Below, one piece after another: positions 37,782 to 51,424 of a stretch of DNA of 64,000 nt. The first letter of the stretch is position 1. Every line of letters begins with the position of its first letter. The stretch comes from Leucoraja erinacea (lineage: Eukaryota): positions 1,426,001 through 1,490,000 of the forward strand of contig NC_073414.1 of the NCBI RefSeq assembly GCF_028641065.1, written 5' to 3'. The notes under the pieces are model-generated. The model saw nothing but the letters and a program-made list of their open reading frames with translations. It had not been told where the DNA came from and did not search any database. The translations under genes and the position numbers were made by a program.

Positions 37782-40700
37782 CTGCAACATGGATGGCTAA
37801 AGTTGTGTTGGGAGGAACTGCAGATGCTGCTTTATACCGATGATAGACACAAAGTACTGGAGTAACTCAGCGGGACAGGTAGCATCTCTGGAGAAAAAGG
37901 ATGGGTGACATCTCGGGTCGAGACTCAACTTCACACCTGGTTACATTTATACCCTGTGCAAGGAATTAACACCGTCAAAAAAAAATATATATATATATAT
38001 ATAAGACATTCCTTAATTAATTGAAAATTATTCCTACACACCTGACCTCCAATTCTAGTTACCTGCAACAGGTAACTAGAATCTGCCACTGATTAAAAAC
38101 ATCTCAGGGAACGTCTATTGAAAGAAGTAAAGTACTCACCTGAATTTGCAAAAGCATTTTCCCCACAATGTTCTGCAGTTCCAGTGACGGGGGGTGTGGG
38201 TGCATTTAATTTTTGGTTAGTATTTTCTTTGCAGGATGTTTTCTGTGTCTCTCCCCCTCCCCTCTCCCTCCCCTCTCCCCTCCCTCTCCCAACTCCCCCC
38301 CTCTCCTCTCCCCCTCTCCCCCCCCCCTTCCCCTCCTCTCCTCTCCCTCATCTCCCCNNNNNNNNNNNNNNNNNNNNNNNNNNNNNNNNNNNNNNNNNNN
38401 NNNNNNNNNNNNNNNNNNNNNNNNNNNNNNNNNNNNNNNNNNNNNNNNNNNNNNNNNNNNNNNNNNNNNNNNNNNNNNNNNNNNNNNNNCCCCCTCCACC
38501 CCTCTCCTCTCCCCCCCCTCTCCTCCCCTCTCCCCTCTCCCCTCTCCCTCATCTCCCCCCCTCCCTCCTCTCCCCTCTCCCCATCCCCTCTCCTCTCCCC
38601 CTCTCCCCTCCCACTCCCCTCCTCATCTTCGACTCTCCTCTCTCCCCCTCCCCCCTCCCCCCTCCTCTCTCTCCCTCTCTCCCCTCTCCCCCTCCCCTCC
38701 CTCTCCCTCCCCTCTCCCCATCCCCTCTCCCCTCCCCCTCTCCTNNNNNNNNNNNNNNNNNNNNNNNNNNNNNNNNNNNNNNNNNNNNNNNNNNNNNNNN
38801 NNNNNNNNNNNNNNNNNNNNNNNNNNNNNNNNNNNNNNNNNNNNNNNNNNNNNNNNNNNNNNNNNNNNNNNNNNNNNNNNNNNNNNNNNNNNNNNNNNNN
38901 NNNNNNNNNNNNNNNNCCCGCAGCTCGGTCAACAAGGTGGGAACTGTCCGCAGGAACAGTGTTGGATAATGGTGGAGCGACTGGACACTCTCGCAGCGTG
39001 TAGAGGGGACTGGGGGTGAGGGGGGTGAGGGGGGAAGGAGGGATATTGTCGCGTTTCCTTTACCGATCCCGCACATCAACACCACCCTAAGGACAATTTA
39101 CACATACACCAATTAACCTACAAACCTGCACGTCTTCGGAGTGTGGGAGGAAACGGAAGATCTCAGGAGAAAACCCACGCAGGTCACGGGGCGAACGTGC
39201 AAACTCCGTACAGACAGCACCCGCAGTCGGGATCGAACCGGGGTCCCCGGCGCTGCAAGTGGGCGATGTGAGGCAGCAACTCTGCCCGCTGCGCCCTTTT
39301 GTGCGCCCGTGTGTGATATGATGCGGTTTAATTGGACAGCAAGCAAACAAAAGCCTTTCACTGCACCTTGTGCGTGTGAGAATCATAAACCAATATGCAT
39401 CTTAATGGTGTTGACACAGTTATAATATATGATCCCATAACCACAATGCGCTTGATTCTAAAACGTCCCTTTAGAGATAGGGATGAACAATATTTGCTGG
39501 GTTAGTTTAGAAGAACAGCATGGAAACAGGCCCTTCGGCCCACCGAGTCCATGCTGGCCAACTATCACTCGTACACTAGCACTATCCTACACGGGGAGAA
39601 CGTGCAGACTCCGTGGAGACAGCACCCATAGGCAGGATGGAACCCGGGTCTCTGGCGGTGTGAGGCAGCAGCTCTACCCGCTGCACCACCGTGGGCCGGA
39701 GAATGGGGTTAGGAGGGAGAGATGGATCAGCCGTGGTTGAATGGAGGAGTAAACTTGATGGGCCAAATGGCCTAATTNNNNNNNNNNNNNNNNNNNNNNN
39801 NNNNNNNNNNNNNNNNNNNNNNNNNNNNNNNNNNNNNNNNNNNNNNNNNNNNNNNNNNNNNNNNNNNNNNNNNNNNNNNNNNNNNNNNNNNNNNNNNNNN
39901 NNNNNNNNNNNNNNNNNNNNNNNNNNNNNNNNNNNNNNNNNNNNNNNNNNNNNNNNNNNNNNNNNNNNNNNNNNNNNNNNNNNNNNNNNNNNNNNNNNNN
40001 NNNNNNNNNNNNNNNNNNNNNNNNNNNNNNNNNNNNNNNNNNNNNNNNNNNNNNNNNNNNNNNNNNNNNCTGTTTGAATCACACATCGGATCAAACATTG
40101 CAGAAAGCTTCCTTATCAAAGCAAAGACGGACAACAATTGATTCCGGCTTCAGGCGACATTTCAGGTTTGCATTATCAAGCAGTTCACTTGACTTTAGAA
40201 AACGATTCCAATTCTGGAGCATGGTTCCTGAAGCCACTTTCAGCTGAATTTGAAAGTTGGTGGGGTTAAATTCCCCCTCCCTCCTCCCCCTCCCCCTCTC
40301 CCCACCCCGCCCCATGCAAAGATCAGGATTTATACCCGGTCAGATGCCCCTGTTTAGAACGGAGACGAGGAAACACTTTTTCTCACAGAGAGTGGTGAGT
40401 CTGTGGAATTCTCTGCCTCAGGGGGGGAGAAGGTGGAGGCCGGTTCTCTGGATGCTTTCAAGAGAGAGCTAGATAGGGGGATCTTAAAGATAGCGGAGCC
40501 AGGGGATATGGGGAGAAGGCAGGAACGGGGTGCACTGATTGGGGATGATCAGCCAGGATCACATTGAATGGCGGTGCTGGCTGGATGGGCCGAATGGCCT
40601 CTACTCCTGCACCTATTATCTATTGTCGATTATGGATGAAACCTTATATCATAGCCCGCCGATGCAGAGACTGGATGGGTTGCTACTGGGAGAGATGTGC

Positions 40701-42010
40701 AGGAGTAGAGGCCATTCGGCCCTTCGAGCCAGCACCGCCATTCAATGTGATCATGGCCTGATCATCCCCAATCAGTACCCCGTTCCTGCCTTCTCCCCAT
40801 ATCCCCTGGCTCCGCTATCTTTAAGAGCCCTATCTAGCTCTCTCTTGAAAGTATCCAGAGAGAACCTGCCTCCACCGCCCTCTGAGGCAGAGAATTCCAG
40901 AGAATTCCACAGATATAGAACAAATGAACGAAAGATATGCAAAAAAAGTAGTGATGATTAAGGAAACAGGCCGTTGTTAGCTGTTCGCCAGGTGAGAACG
41001 GGAAGCTGGCGTGACTCGGGTGGAGGAGGGATAGAGAGGGAGGGAATGCAGGGGTTGGATAAATCAATTTCCATACGACTGGGCTGTAAGCTGGCCAAGT
41101 GAAATATGAGATGGTGTTCGTCCAATTTGCGTGTTTTGTTTGTGTGTTGTTACGGGAGGGTTTTAATCAGTAATGATGGACCCATTTACATCAAGCCTGG
41201 TGCTGTTGACACAGCTGGCTCCAGCCTCGACTTCCACGCTCAACGCTTCCCCTTCGATAAACATTGCGGCCGCCACGGGTAGCCAGACGCCTGCCTGTTG
41301 TCCGTGTAAATCCTGGACTTCCTGGCCTGCCACATCACACAGACAAAGCCCAGACCAGCAAAATCTCAGTCTCCAATGTCTGTGCCCAACATAATGCAGA
41401 TCATGTTTAATTTAGTTGAGGAAGGAACTGCAGATGCTGGTTTACACCGAAGACAGGCACAAAATGCTGGAGTAACTCAGCGGGACAGGCAGCATCTGTG
41501 GAGCGAAGGATAGACAAAAATGCTGGAGAAACTAGGGGTTGGGCAGGCTAGATGCAGGAAGATTGTTCCCGATGTTGGGGAAGTCCAGAACAAGGGGCCA
41601 CACAGTTTAAGGATAAGGGGGAAATCTTTTAGGACTGAGATGAGGAAAACGTTTTTCACACAGAGAGTGGCGAATCTGTGGAATTCTCTGCCACAGAAGG
41701 TAGTTGAGGCCACACAGTTCATTGGCTATATTTAAGAGGGAGTTAGATGTGGCCCTTGTGGCTAAAGGGATCAGGGGGTATGGAGAGAAGGCAGGGATCG
41801 GTTACTGAGTTGGATGATCAGCCATGATCATATTGAATGGCGAATGGTGCAGGCTCGAAGGGCCGAATGGCCTCTACTCCTGCACCTATTTTCTATGTAT
41901 GTTTCTGTGTATGTTTCTAAATTCAGCGGGACAGGCAGCATCTATGGAGAGAAGGAATGGGTGACGTTTCCAATCGAGACCCTTCTTCAGACTCTGAATT
42001 CTTAAGGAGT

Positions 42011-42038
42011 CTGAAGAAGGGTCTCGACCCGAAACGTC
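42011..42038 (+). ncRNA. Minimal type I hammerhead ribozyme motif (PLE-associated)
   Basis: CTGAAGA-A-GGGT-CTCG-ACCC-GAAAC-GTC. Confidence 0.6.
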
Positions 42039-43471
42039 ACCCATTCCTTCTCTCCAGAGATGCTGCCTGTCCCGCTGAGTTACTCCATCATTTTGTGTCT
42101 ATTTTTGGTTTAAACCAGCACCTGCAGTTCCTTCCTACACACAAACAAAAAATGTGTTCATGCATTTGGAGTTATTTGCCTGGATGTTTAGTTTAGAGAT
42201 ACGGCGTAGTAACAGGCCCTTCGGCCCATCGAGTCCGTGCCGACCAGCGATCCCCGCACATTAACACCATCCTACACACACTAGGGACAATGTATAATTT
42301 TACCCAAGCCAATTAACCTACAAACCTGTAAGTCTTTAAATTATTTTTTAAAGTAGGAACTGCAGATGCTGGAAAATCGAAGGTAGACAAAAGTGCTGGA
42401 GAAACTCAGCGGGTGCAGCAGCATCTATGGAGCGAAGGAAATAGGCAACGTTTCGGGACGAAACCCAAAGGAAATAGGCAACGTTTCACCCGCTGAGTTT
42501 CTCCAGCACTTTTGTCTACCTCCAGTCTTTAGAAACATACAAACATAGAAAATAGGTGCAGGAGTAGGCCATTCCGCCCTTCGAGCCTGCACCGCCATTC
42601 AATATGATCATGGCTGATCATCCAACTCAGTATCCTGTACCTGTTGGATGATCAGCCATGTGGCAGAGAATTCCCAGGATTCAGTCATATAGAGAGAGGG
42701 AGGGAGAGAGGGGGCTCAGTATTCTCTCCATACCCCCTGATCCCTTTAGCCACAAGGGCCACAAGGGCTAACTCCCTCTTAAATATAGCCAATGAACTGT
42801 GGCCTCAACTACATTCTGTGGCAGAGAATTCCACAGATTCACCACTCTCTGTGTGAAAAAATGTTTTTCTCATCTCGATCCTAAAAGATTTCCCCCTTAT
42901 CCTTAAACTGTGACCCCTTGTTCTGGACTTCCCCAACATTGGGAACAATCTTCCTGCATATTAAACTAATCTCCTCTGCCAGCATGTGATCTATATCGCT
43001 CCGTTCTCTGCTTGAGGGCAAACCCTCTCCACAATTTAATAGAGTCTAGAATCTGGACATTGCAATTGCCGACAGCGCTGGTAAAAAATGGTCTTTGCCT
43101 CATCATCATCTTTGGGCTGCAGTGTTTATGTCTAAAGCAACATTAGAATTTGCATAAAGAGGATAGGAAAAATGCAATTGATCTGATTTGCAAAACCATA
43201 CACAATGTCCACATGGACAAAACAAAGCCCTCTGAAACTGTCAGAGAAAAAAATGAATATCTTTTATCCAAACAGCTTTGACTATGTTTTTTTTGCATAA
43301 GGCAAATCACTCCACACGTGTACTTAAATGCACTTAACCCTGGGGGACAGGTTGCATTTGGAGAGAGAGAGTTGCTCTTTGATATCTGGACAGTGTCTGG
43401 TGTTTTGGGAACTCTTGGCTGTTGGCTGTGGTTTCTGCTGCAAGGGACCAGCCGCTGTCCACTTCAGCACC

Positions 43472-43565
43472 ATGCCCAGGGCATTCCTGGTCAAACGGCG
43501 TGCGTGTGTGGGCCGTGACTGGGGCCTGGTGTGTGATCATCATCGCGGGGATTTCTACATTCCTG
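43472..43565 (+). CDS. OVOL3: OVO-like zinc finger transcription factor, exon 1 (SNAG domain)
   Basis: Encodes MPRAFLVKRRACVGRDWGLVCDHHRGDFYIP (SNAG motif plus the OVOL W...D..RGD.YIP motif); Kozak caccATG; donor G|gtaagt, phase 1. Confidence 0.85.
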
Positions 43566-44474
43566 GTAAGTTCTGTTTAGAGTGCAACCTCAAACCTCAC
43601 CCTGGCTCAGGGGGGGATGGGAGGGGGGTGAGAGAGAGAGGGGGGGTGAAAGAGAGGGGGGAGAGAGATATAGAAACATAGAAAATATGTGCAGGAGTAG
43701 AGGCCATTCGGCCCATCGAGCCTGCACCGCCATTCAATATGATCGTGGCTGATCATCCAACTCAGTATCCTGTACCTGCCTTCTCTCTATACCCCCTGAT
43801 CCCTTTAGCCACAAGGGCCACATCTAACTCCCTCTTAAATATAGCCAATGAACTGTGTGGCCTCAACTACCTTCTGTGGCAGAGAATTCCACAGATTCAC
43901 CACTCTCTGTGTAAAAAATGTTTTTCTCATTTCGGTCCTAAAAGATTTCCCCCTTATCCTTAAACTGTGTGACCCCTTTTCTGGACTTCCCCAACATCAG
44001 GAACAATGAGTCTGAAGAAGTGTTTCGGCCCTAAGGAAATAGGTAACGTTTCGGGTCGAAACCCTTCCGGGTTTCGGCCCGAAACGTTGCCTATTTCCTT
44101 CGCTCCACATAGATGCTGCTGCACCCGCTGGACTTCCCCAACATCGGGAACAATCTTCCTGCATCTAGCCTGTCCAACCCCTTAAGAAGTTTGTAAGTTT
44201 CTATAAGATCCCTCCCTCAATCTTCTAAATTCTAGCGAGTTCAAGCCGAGTCTATCCAGTCTTTCTTCATGTGAAAGTCCTGACATCCCAGGATTCAGTC
44301 AGATAGAGAGAGGGAGGGAGAGAGGGGGCTTAAGAGTGGGTGGGAGACTGAGAGGGTGTGAGGGGGAGAAAGAGGGAGAGAGAGGGGGTTGAGAGAGGAG
44401 GGACATAAGCCAGTTGTGAACTTGGATGGAAGTAAGGGGAGAGATTGGAAGGAAGTTAGAAATCGAGAAGTATC

Positions 44475-44855
44475 TCAGATTCAGATTCAGATTCAATTTT
44501 AATTGTCATTGTCAGTGTACAGTACAGAGACAACGAAATGCATTTAGCATCTCCCTGGAAGAGCGACATAGCAAACGATTTGAATAAATAATAATAAGTG
44601 TCCAGGGGGGGGGGGGGGGGGTGATTGGCAGTCACCGAGGTACGTTGTTGAGGTAGAGTGACAGCCGCCGGAAAGAAGCTGTTCCTGGACCTGCTGGTTC
44701 GGCAACGGAGAGACCTGTAGCGCCTCCCGGATGGTAGGAGGGTAAACAGTCCATGGTTGGGGTGAGAGCAGTCCTTGGCGATGCTGAGCGCCCTCCGCAG
44801 ACAACGCTTGCTTTGGACAGACTCAATGGAGGGGAGCGTGGAATCGGTGATGCGT
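44475..44855 (-). mobile_element. Rex1/Babar-type LINE 3' end
   Basis: Encodes RCLRRA.SI.KD.SHP.HGLF.LLPSGRRYRS...RSRNSFFP; (tctgaa)n tail. Confidence 0.8.
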
Positions 44856-46100
44856 TCTATCAGATAAAGTGCTGGAGGAAGCTGCAGGGAAGGCAGCATC
44901 TGTGGGGGGAGTGGACAGACCACCTTTCAGGAGAGGAACCTTCTTGAATCTGAGGAAGGGTCCCGATCCAAAACACCACCCATCCGCTCCTCCAAGGATG
45001 CTGCCTGACCCACCTGCACTTTGTGTTTTGTTCAGCATGGCAGCATCTGCAGTTAATTGTGTCTGAGGGACTATTAGCTCAGTGGTGAATATTAAAGACC
45101 TCAGGGTAAGTGGCACTCACCAGTCAGTTATCAACAGCAACTCTTTTAGGCTTAGATTGTGTACGAGGTACAGGGAAAAGTATAGATAGACACAAAATGC
45201 TGGAGTAACTCAGCGGGACAGGCAGCATCTCCGGAGAGAAGGAATGGGTGACATTTCGGGTCGAGACCCTTCTTCAAACTGGTTAGGGATGATATAGTGT
45301 GGGAGAACTCTCGTTGGAGAGAGAACTTCTACAAAGTAGACATACGTTGAGGAGATTTGGCAGTGGAGCAGACAAAATGTGTAGGAAGGAACTGCAGATG
45401 CAGGTTTATATCGAAGATAGACTCAAAGTGCTGGAGTAACTCAGCGGGACAGGCAGCATCTCTGGAGAGAAGGGATGGGTGACGTTTCTGGTCGAGACCC
45501 TTCTTCAGACTGGTTTGGGGCAAGGGAAACGCTGTTATCAGGCAAATGAACGATCTTCTCATCAGCTAGAGAGCGGTCTGACTTTCCATCTATCTCATTG
45601 GAAACGTTTAAACTATCTGTAATCGGACTTCAATGATATAAAGTCATACAAGAGTCAGTCATACATCTTGGAAACAGGCCCTTTGGCCCAACTTGCCCAC
45701 ACCGGCCAGCTACATTAGTCCCACCTGCCTGCGTTTGGTCCATATCCCTCTAAACCCATCCTATCCAATGTACCTGTCTGAATTTTTCTTAAACAAGAGT
45801 GGGATAATCTTGACACTAAATGTTGTATTCTGTATCATGTATATGTACACTTTGGACGGTTTGATTGTAATCATGTATTGTCTTTCCGCTGACTGGTTAG
45901 CAGACAAACTGAAGCCTTTTACTGTACACAGGACAACAATAAGCAAATTGTATTATGCTGAAAGGAGCAGCAGATGCTGGTTTACACTGAATATAGACAC
46001 CGCTGAGTTACTCCGGCATTTGTGTCTATTTTCAGTGTAAACAGCATCTGCAGTTCCTTCCTGCACAAGTGCTATAAATACCTGTTAATTGTACCTACAG

Positions 46101-46258
46101 AACGGACAGGTGGATATATTGTGCAACATTTGCCGGAACAGGATGCAGCGATTAATCTAGAGGGGAAATCCCAAAATGGGAGAGCAAACCTGCTTGATGC
46201 AACAGTCCATGATGGGCTAACCCACTTGGAAAAACCACCCGCGATTCACACAGCCCAG
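46101..46258 (+). CDS. OVOL3: OVO-like gene, exon 2 (linker)
   Basis: ctacag| acceptor and CAG|gtacaa donor; 158 nt open reading whose phase 1 start and phase 0 end join exons 1 and 3 in frame. No conserved motif, so less certain. Confidence 0.65.
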
Positions 46259-46509
46259 GTACAATTTTAGGAGTTACATTTTGAGTGGCCTTCCACAACC
46301 ATCACTTCGATATCAATTGGCGAAAAAAACAAAAATGAATTACAAATATTTGTTGAGTTGCATTGAGGGCCCCTCAGAAGTCAGCGTTCAAACTCACTTA
46401 GAACATTGAAGATAGACTCAAAAAGCTGGAGTAACATAGCCCCCCTTCTGGCTGTCAGGTGAGAGAGAGCAGCGTGCAGAAGTGTGCAGAACTGGGATCT
46501 TTTCATTGG

Positions 46510-47075
46510 AGATAGACACAAGAAGCTGGAGTAACTCAGCGGGACAGGCAGCATCTCTGGAGAGAAGGAATGGGTGACGTTTCGGGTCGAGATTAGGGAT
46601 AGGGGGAAACGAGAGATACAGACGATGATGTAGAGAGATAAAGAATGAACGATTTGCAAATAAAGTAACAATGAGAAAGGAAACGGGCTGTTGTTAACTG
46701 TTTGCTGGGTGAGAACGAGAAGCTGGTGTGACTTGGGTGGGGGAGGGATGGAGAGAGAGGGAATGCCGGGGTTACCTGAAGTTGGAGAAATCAATATTCA
46801 TACCACTGGGGTGTAAGCTGCCCAAGCGAAATATGAGATGCTGGTCCTCCAATTTGCGTTTGGCCTCACTCTGACAATGGAGGAGATTGAGGACAGAGAG
46901 GTCAGTGTGGGAATGGGAAGGTGAATTAAAGTGTTTGGCAACCGGGAGATCAGGTAGGTCCAGGTGGGCTGAGTGAAGGTGTTCAGCGAAACGATGGCCC
47001 AGTCTATGTTTGGTCTCGTCGATGTATAAGAGTCCACATCCTGAACACCGGATACAGTAGATGAGGTTGGAGGAG
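46510..47075 (-). mobile_element. Penelope-like element 3' part: GIY-YIG endonuclease (46772-47074) plus 3' terminal repeat
   Basis: Hand translation (absent from the ORF track): SSNLIYCIRCSGCGLLYIDETKHRLGHRFAEH...PVAKHFN..SHS..DLSV......E..LIFRLGSLHPSGMNIDF*. Confidence 0.85.
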
Positions 47076-47913
47076 TTTGGCTCAGGAAGGTTCCCGACCC
47101 AAAATTCTGCCTATCCATGTCCTCCAGACATGTCGCCTAACCCACTGATTTTCTCCAGCTTGTTCTGTTTTATACAGGAACAGGCCCTTCCGCTCACAAT
47201 GTCCATTACAAACCTGAAGCCAAGTTAAATAATCTCCTGGGTCATGTTTTAAGGGGACTGCCCCAGATGAAAACCAAGGCAATATAGACAATAGGTGCAG
47301 GAGTAGGCCATTCGGCCCTTTGAGCCAACACCGCCATTCATTATGATCATGGCTGATCATCCCCAATCAGTACCCCGTTCCTGCCTTCTCCCCATATCCC
47401 CTGACTCCACTATCTTTAACAGCCCTATCTAGCTCTCTCTTGAAAGCATCCAGAGAACCTGCCTCCACTGCCCTCTGAGGCAGAGAATTCCACAGACAAG
47501 GCAGAGGGGAAGCAAGAAGGAAATAATAGAGTGGGAAAGATTTAATAGCAACCAGATTACACAAATGGTGATGGGTAAATGGAACAAGTAGCCAGAGGAG
47601 GTAGTTTAGACCAGACATACAGTGAGGAAACAGGCCCTTCAGCCCACACCCGTTCTATCCAACACATCAGGGACAATCCAGAGGCCAAATAACCTACAAA
47701 CCTGCAAGTCTTTAGAATGTAGGAGGAAACCGGAGCACCCGGAGAAAACCCACGCAGTCACAGGGAGAACGTACAAACTCCGTACAGACAGCACCCGTAG
47801 TCGGGATGGAACCCGGGTCTCTGGCGCTGTGAGGCAGCAGCTCTACCCGCTGCGCCACCGTGCCGCCCCACGTTGTAAGCCCTTCGTGGAAGATTGTCTC
47901 ATCTGGTTTCTAA

Positions 47914-48123
<210 letters not shown>

Positions 48124-48349
48124 TAGGGACACTGGCTAGCAGTCCATCCGGCGAAGGGCCACTCCTTGTTACAACAACCAACATTTATGCAGTGTCTTCA
48201 AGTGTAACAAAGCTCTCAATAAGAATGGAGGCACAAGAGGAGTTAATGTTAGCGTTTATTTCAAGAGGGTTAGAATACAAACACAGGGAGTTTACAATGG
48301 TGTCTTCATTTATGAAGAATTAATTTATTATATTTCACGGGTCTATTTT

Positions 48350-48990
48350 AATGTGTATCTGTGTGCATATGTGACTGTGTATGTGTACATGTGTATGTGT
48401 GCACGTGCGTGTGTACATGTGACTGTGTGCACATGTGTGTGTGTGCATGTGCTTGTGCGTGCGTATCTGTGTGTGTGCGACTGTATGTGTGCACATGTGT
48501 GTGCATATCTGTGTGTACGTGTGACTATGTGTGCACGTGTGTGCGTGACTATGTGTGCACGTGTGTGTGTACATATGACTGTGTGCACGTGCTGTGTGTG
48601 TGCACGTGACTATGTGTGCACGTGTGTGTACGTGTGACTGTATGTGTGCACATGTGTGTACGTGACTGTGTGTGTGCACGTGTGTGTGTGCACATGTGTG
48701 ACTGTGTGTGCACGTGTGTGCGTGTGTATGTGCACGTGTGTCTGTGTGTGCATATCTGTGTGTACGTGTGACATGTGTGCACGTGTGTGTGTGACTATGT
48801 GTACACGTGTGNNNNNNNNNNNNNNNNNNNNNNNNNNNNNNNNNNNNNNNNNNNNNNNNNNNNNNNNNNNNNNNNNNNNNNNNNNNNNNNNNNNNNNNNN
48901 NNNNNNNNNNNNNNNNNNNNNNNNNNNNNNNNNNNNNNNNNNNNNNNNNNNNNNNNNNNTGTGTGCGCACATGTGTGTGAGGTGTGCACA
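48350..48990. repeat. Degenerate (TG)n/(CA)n low-complexity tract spanning an N-gap
   Basis: Alternating purine-pyrimidine sequence; similar tracts at 457-555, 8600-8725 and 52676-53100. Confidence 0.9.
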
Positions 48991-49076
48991 TTTCCGTGCT
49001 GTATCTCTAAACTACACGTAGGAAGTAATGAAATTGCACCAGGGTTCAGACAGGCTCTTTGCCTCTGTTTGTTTGA

Positions 49077-49367
<291 letters not shown>

Positions 49368-49917
49368 GGAAATTATCAAAGACACGGTCGGGTAGAGCTG
49401 CTGCCTCACAGCGCCAGAGGCCCGGGTTCGATCCTGACTGCGGGTGCTGTCTGTACGGAGTTTGCACGTTCTCCACGTGACGTGCTCTGGTTTCCTCCCT
49501 CATTCCAAAGACGTGCGGGTTTGTAGGATAATCGGCTTCTGTGTGTGTGTGTGTGGGCGAGATGGTTGGTCGGCATGGATTCGGTGGGCTGAAGGGCCTG
49601 TTTCCACACAGTCCTCTAACACTGAAACTTAATAAAGCGTACAGTGTGTAACATAAAAATCAAAGACTAAGAAGTCAGCTTTCGTCATCGCAAGGAACTA
49701 CAGATTGTACAAAGGTAGGGCAAAAATACTGGAGAAACTCAGCGGGTAAGGCAGCATCTATGGAGCGTCACCTATTCCTTCGCTCCATAGATGCTGCCTC
49801 ACCCGCTGAGTTTCTCCAGCATTTTTGTATACCTTCGATTTTTGCAGCATCTGCAGTTCTTTCTTAAACAGATGGTATAAGCGTGAGCAAAACATGATGG
49901 TGCAGCGGTAGAGTTGA

Positions 49918-50175
49918 ATGTTAAATGGTCAGCTCGACATCGACTACACCAAACCCAAACCAATTAGGAGCAGACGAGGGCATTCGATCCAATTTGTGAT
50001 CCCAGCTACAAAGACAGATGTGTACAGCAATTCATTCTTCCCCCGCACAATTAAAGCACGGAATAAAGTAATTATTTCTTCCCAATAACCCTTTCTGGCT
50101 TAAGTCCTCCCTTCACCACCTCCAGTTTGAATTCCATTTGGAATATTTTGGAGGACCAAGAAACCAAGAACCAAG
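49918..50175 (+). mobile_element. CR1-group LINE 3' end of a different family
   Basis: Encodes RRGHSIQF....KTDVYSNSFFPRTIK; tail tccatttggaatattttggaggaccaagaaaccaagaa recurs at ~12740 and ~15695. Confidence 0.6.
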
Positions 50176-50978
50176 AGGTGTTTCCGCACAGCGCCAAAGA
50201 CCCGGGTTCCATCCTGACCACGGCAGCTCTCTGTGGAGTTTGTATGTTCCCTCTGTGACCTGCGTGGGTTTTCTCCGGGTGCTCTGGTTTGCTCCCACAC
50301 TCCAAAGACGTGCAGGTTTGTAGGTTTATTGGGCCTGTAAACTTTCCCCCAGCGGATGAGGATGTCAGGAGTTTAATGACCACACGTACCGACAACTGAA
50401 AGTGGCAAATACACGGAGCAGGCATCAACAGGTGATCGATGGCCGGCGTGGACTCAGTGGGCCGAAGGGCCTGTTTCCCTGCTGTACCTCTATCAACATA
50501 AGAAACCTCCACACCTGAATCCACCTGCCACTTGCTCGCTCTTGCCCCACCTCTCTTTACCAGCTCCAACATAGCAGTTGAGGAAGGGTCCTGACTTGAA
50601 TATTTCACTTGGGCAGCTTGCACCCCAGCAGTATGAATATTGAAGGTTACACAAAAGTGCTGGAGAAACTCAGCGGGTGCAGCAGCATCTATGGAGCAAA
50701 GGAAATAGGCAACGTTTCGGGCCGAAACCCTTCTTCAGTATGAATATTGATTTCCCTAGCTTCAAATAACCCCAGCTTTCCCTCTCTCCATCCCTCCCCC
50801 TTCCTAGTTCTCTGAACACTGACTGTCCCGCTGATTAAATGTTATATTTGCCTTGTTGTCACCTCACAGTTAACAATGATCTAATCTACATTTTCCTTGA
50901 ACTGCTTCTCTTTTGATGTTTCGTTTTCACACCTTGCCCTTCTTTATCTCTGTGTCACCCTCTCCCCTGACTCTCAGT

Positions 50979-51006
50979 CTGAAGAAGGGTCCCGACCCGA
51001 AACGTC
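50979..51006 (+). ncRNA. Minimal type I hammerhead ribozyme motif (PLE-associated)
   Basis: CTGAAGA-A-GGGT-CCCG-ACCC-GAAAC-GTC. Confidence 0.55.
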
Positions 51007-51424
51007 ACCAGTTCCTTCTCTCCGGAGATGCTGCCTGTCCCGCTGAGTAACTCCAGCATTTCTTTGGAACATCGACTGTCTGTTTCCTTCCACAGATGCT
51101 GCACGACCCGCTGAGTTCCTCCAGCACTGTATTATTTTGTTTACTCATGCTTTCCGCATCCGCTGCCTCCAATAGGTTTGCCAACACAGCTGGGCAGGAC
51201 ACAAATGAGATGCAAACTCAGAGTACAGGAGCAAGGAAGTACTGAACTGACATCCAAATCCAGCAGGACACATTTGCAATTCAGACCTGAACCATTAGTA
51301 TTTTTTTGTTGAGCACTTTATGTACATAATGGATGGTCAGATTCAACTCCTTCTCCCATCATGACAAGTTAAGTGCGACTGCTGGCAGCATGTGGAGAGA
51401 TAGCTGGACAGTTAGATCACAAGA

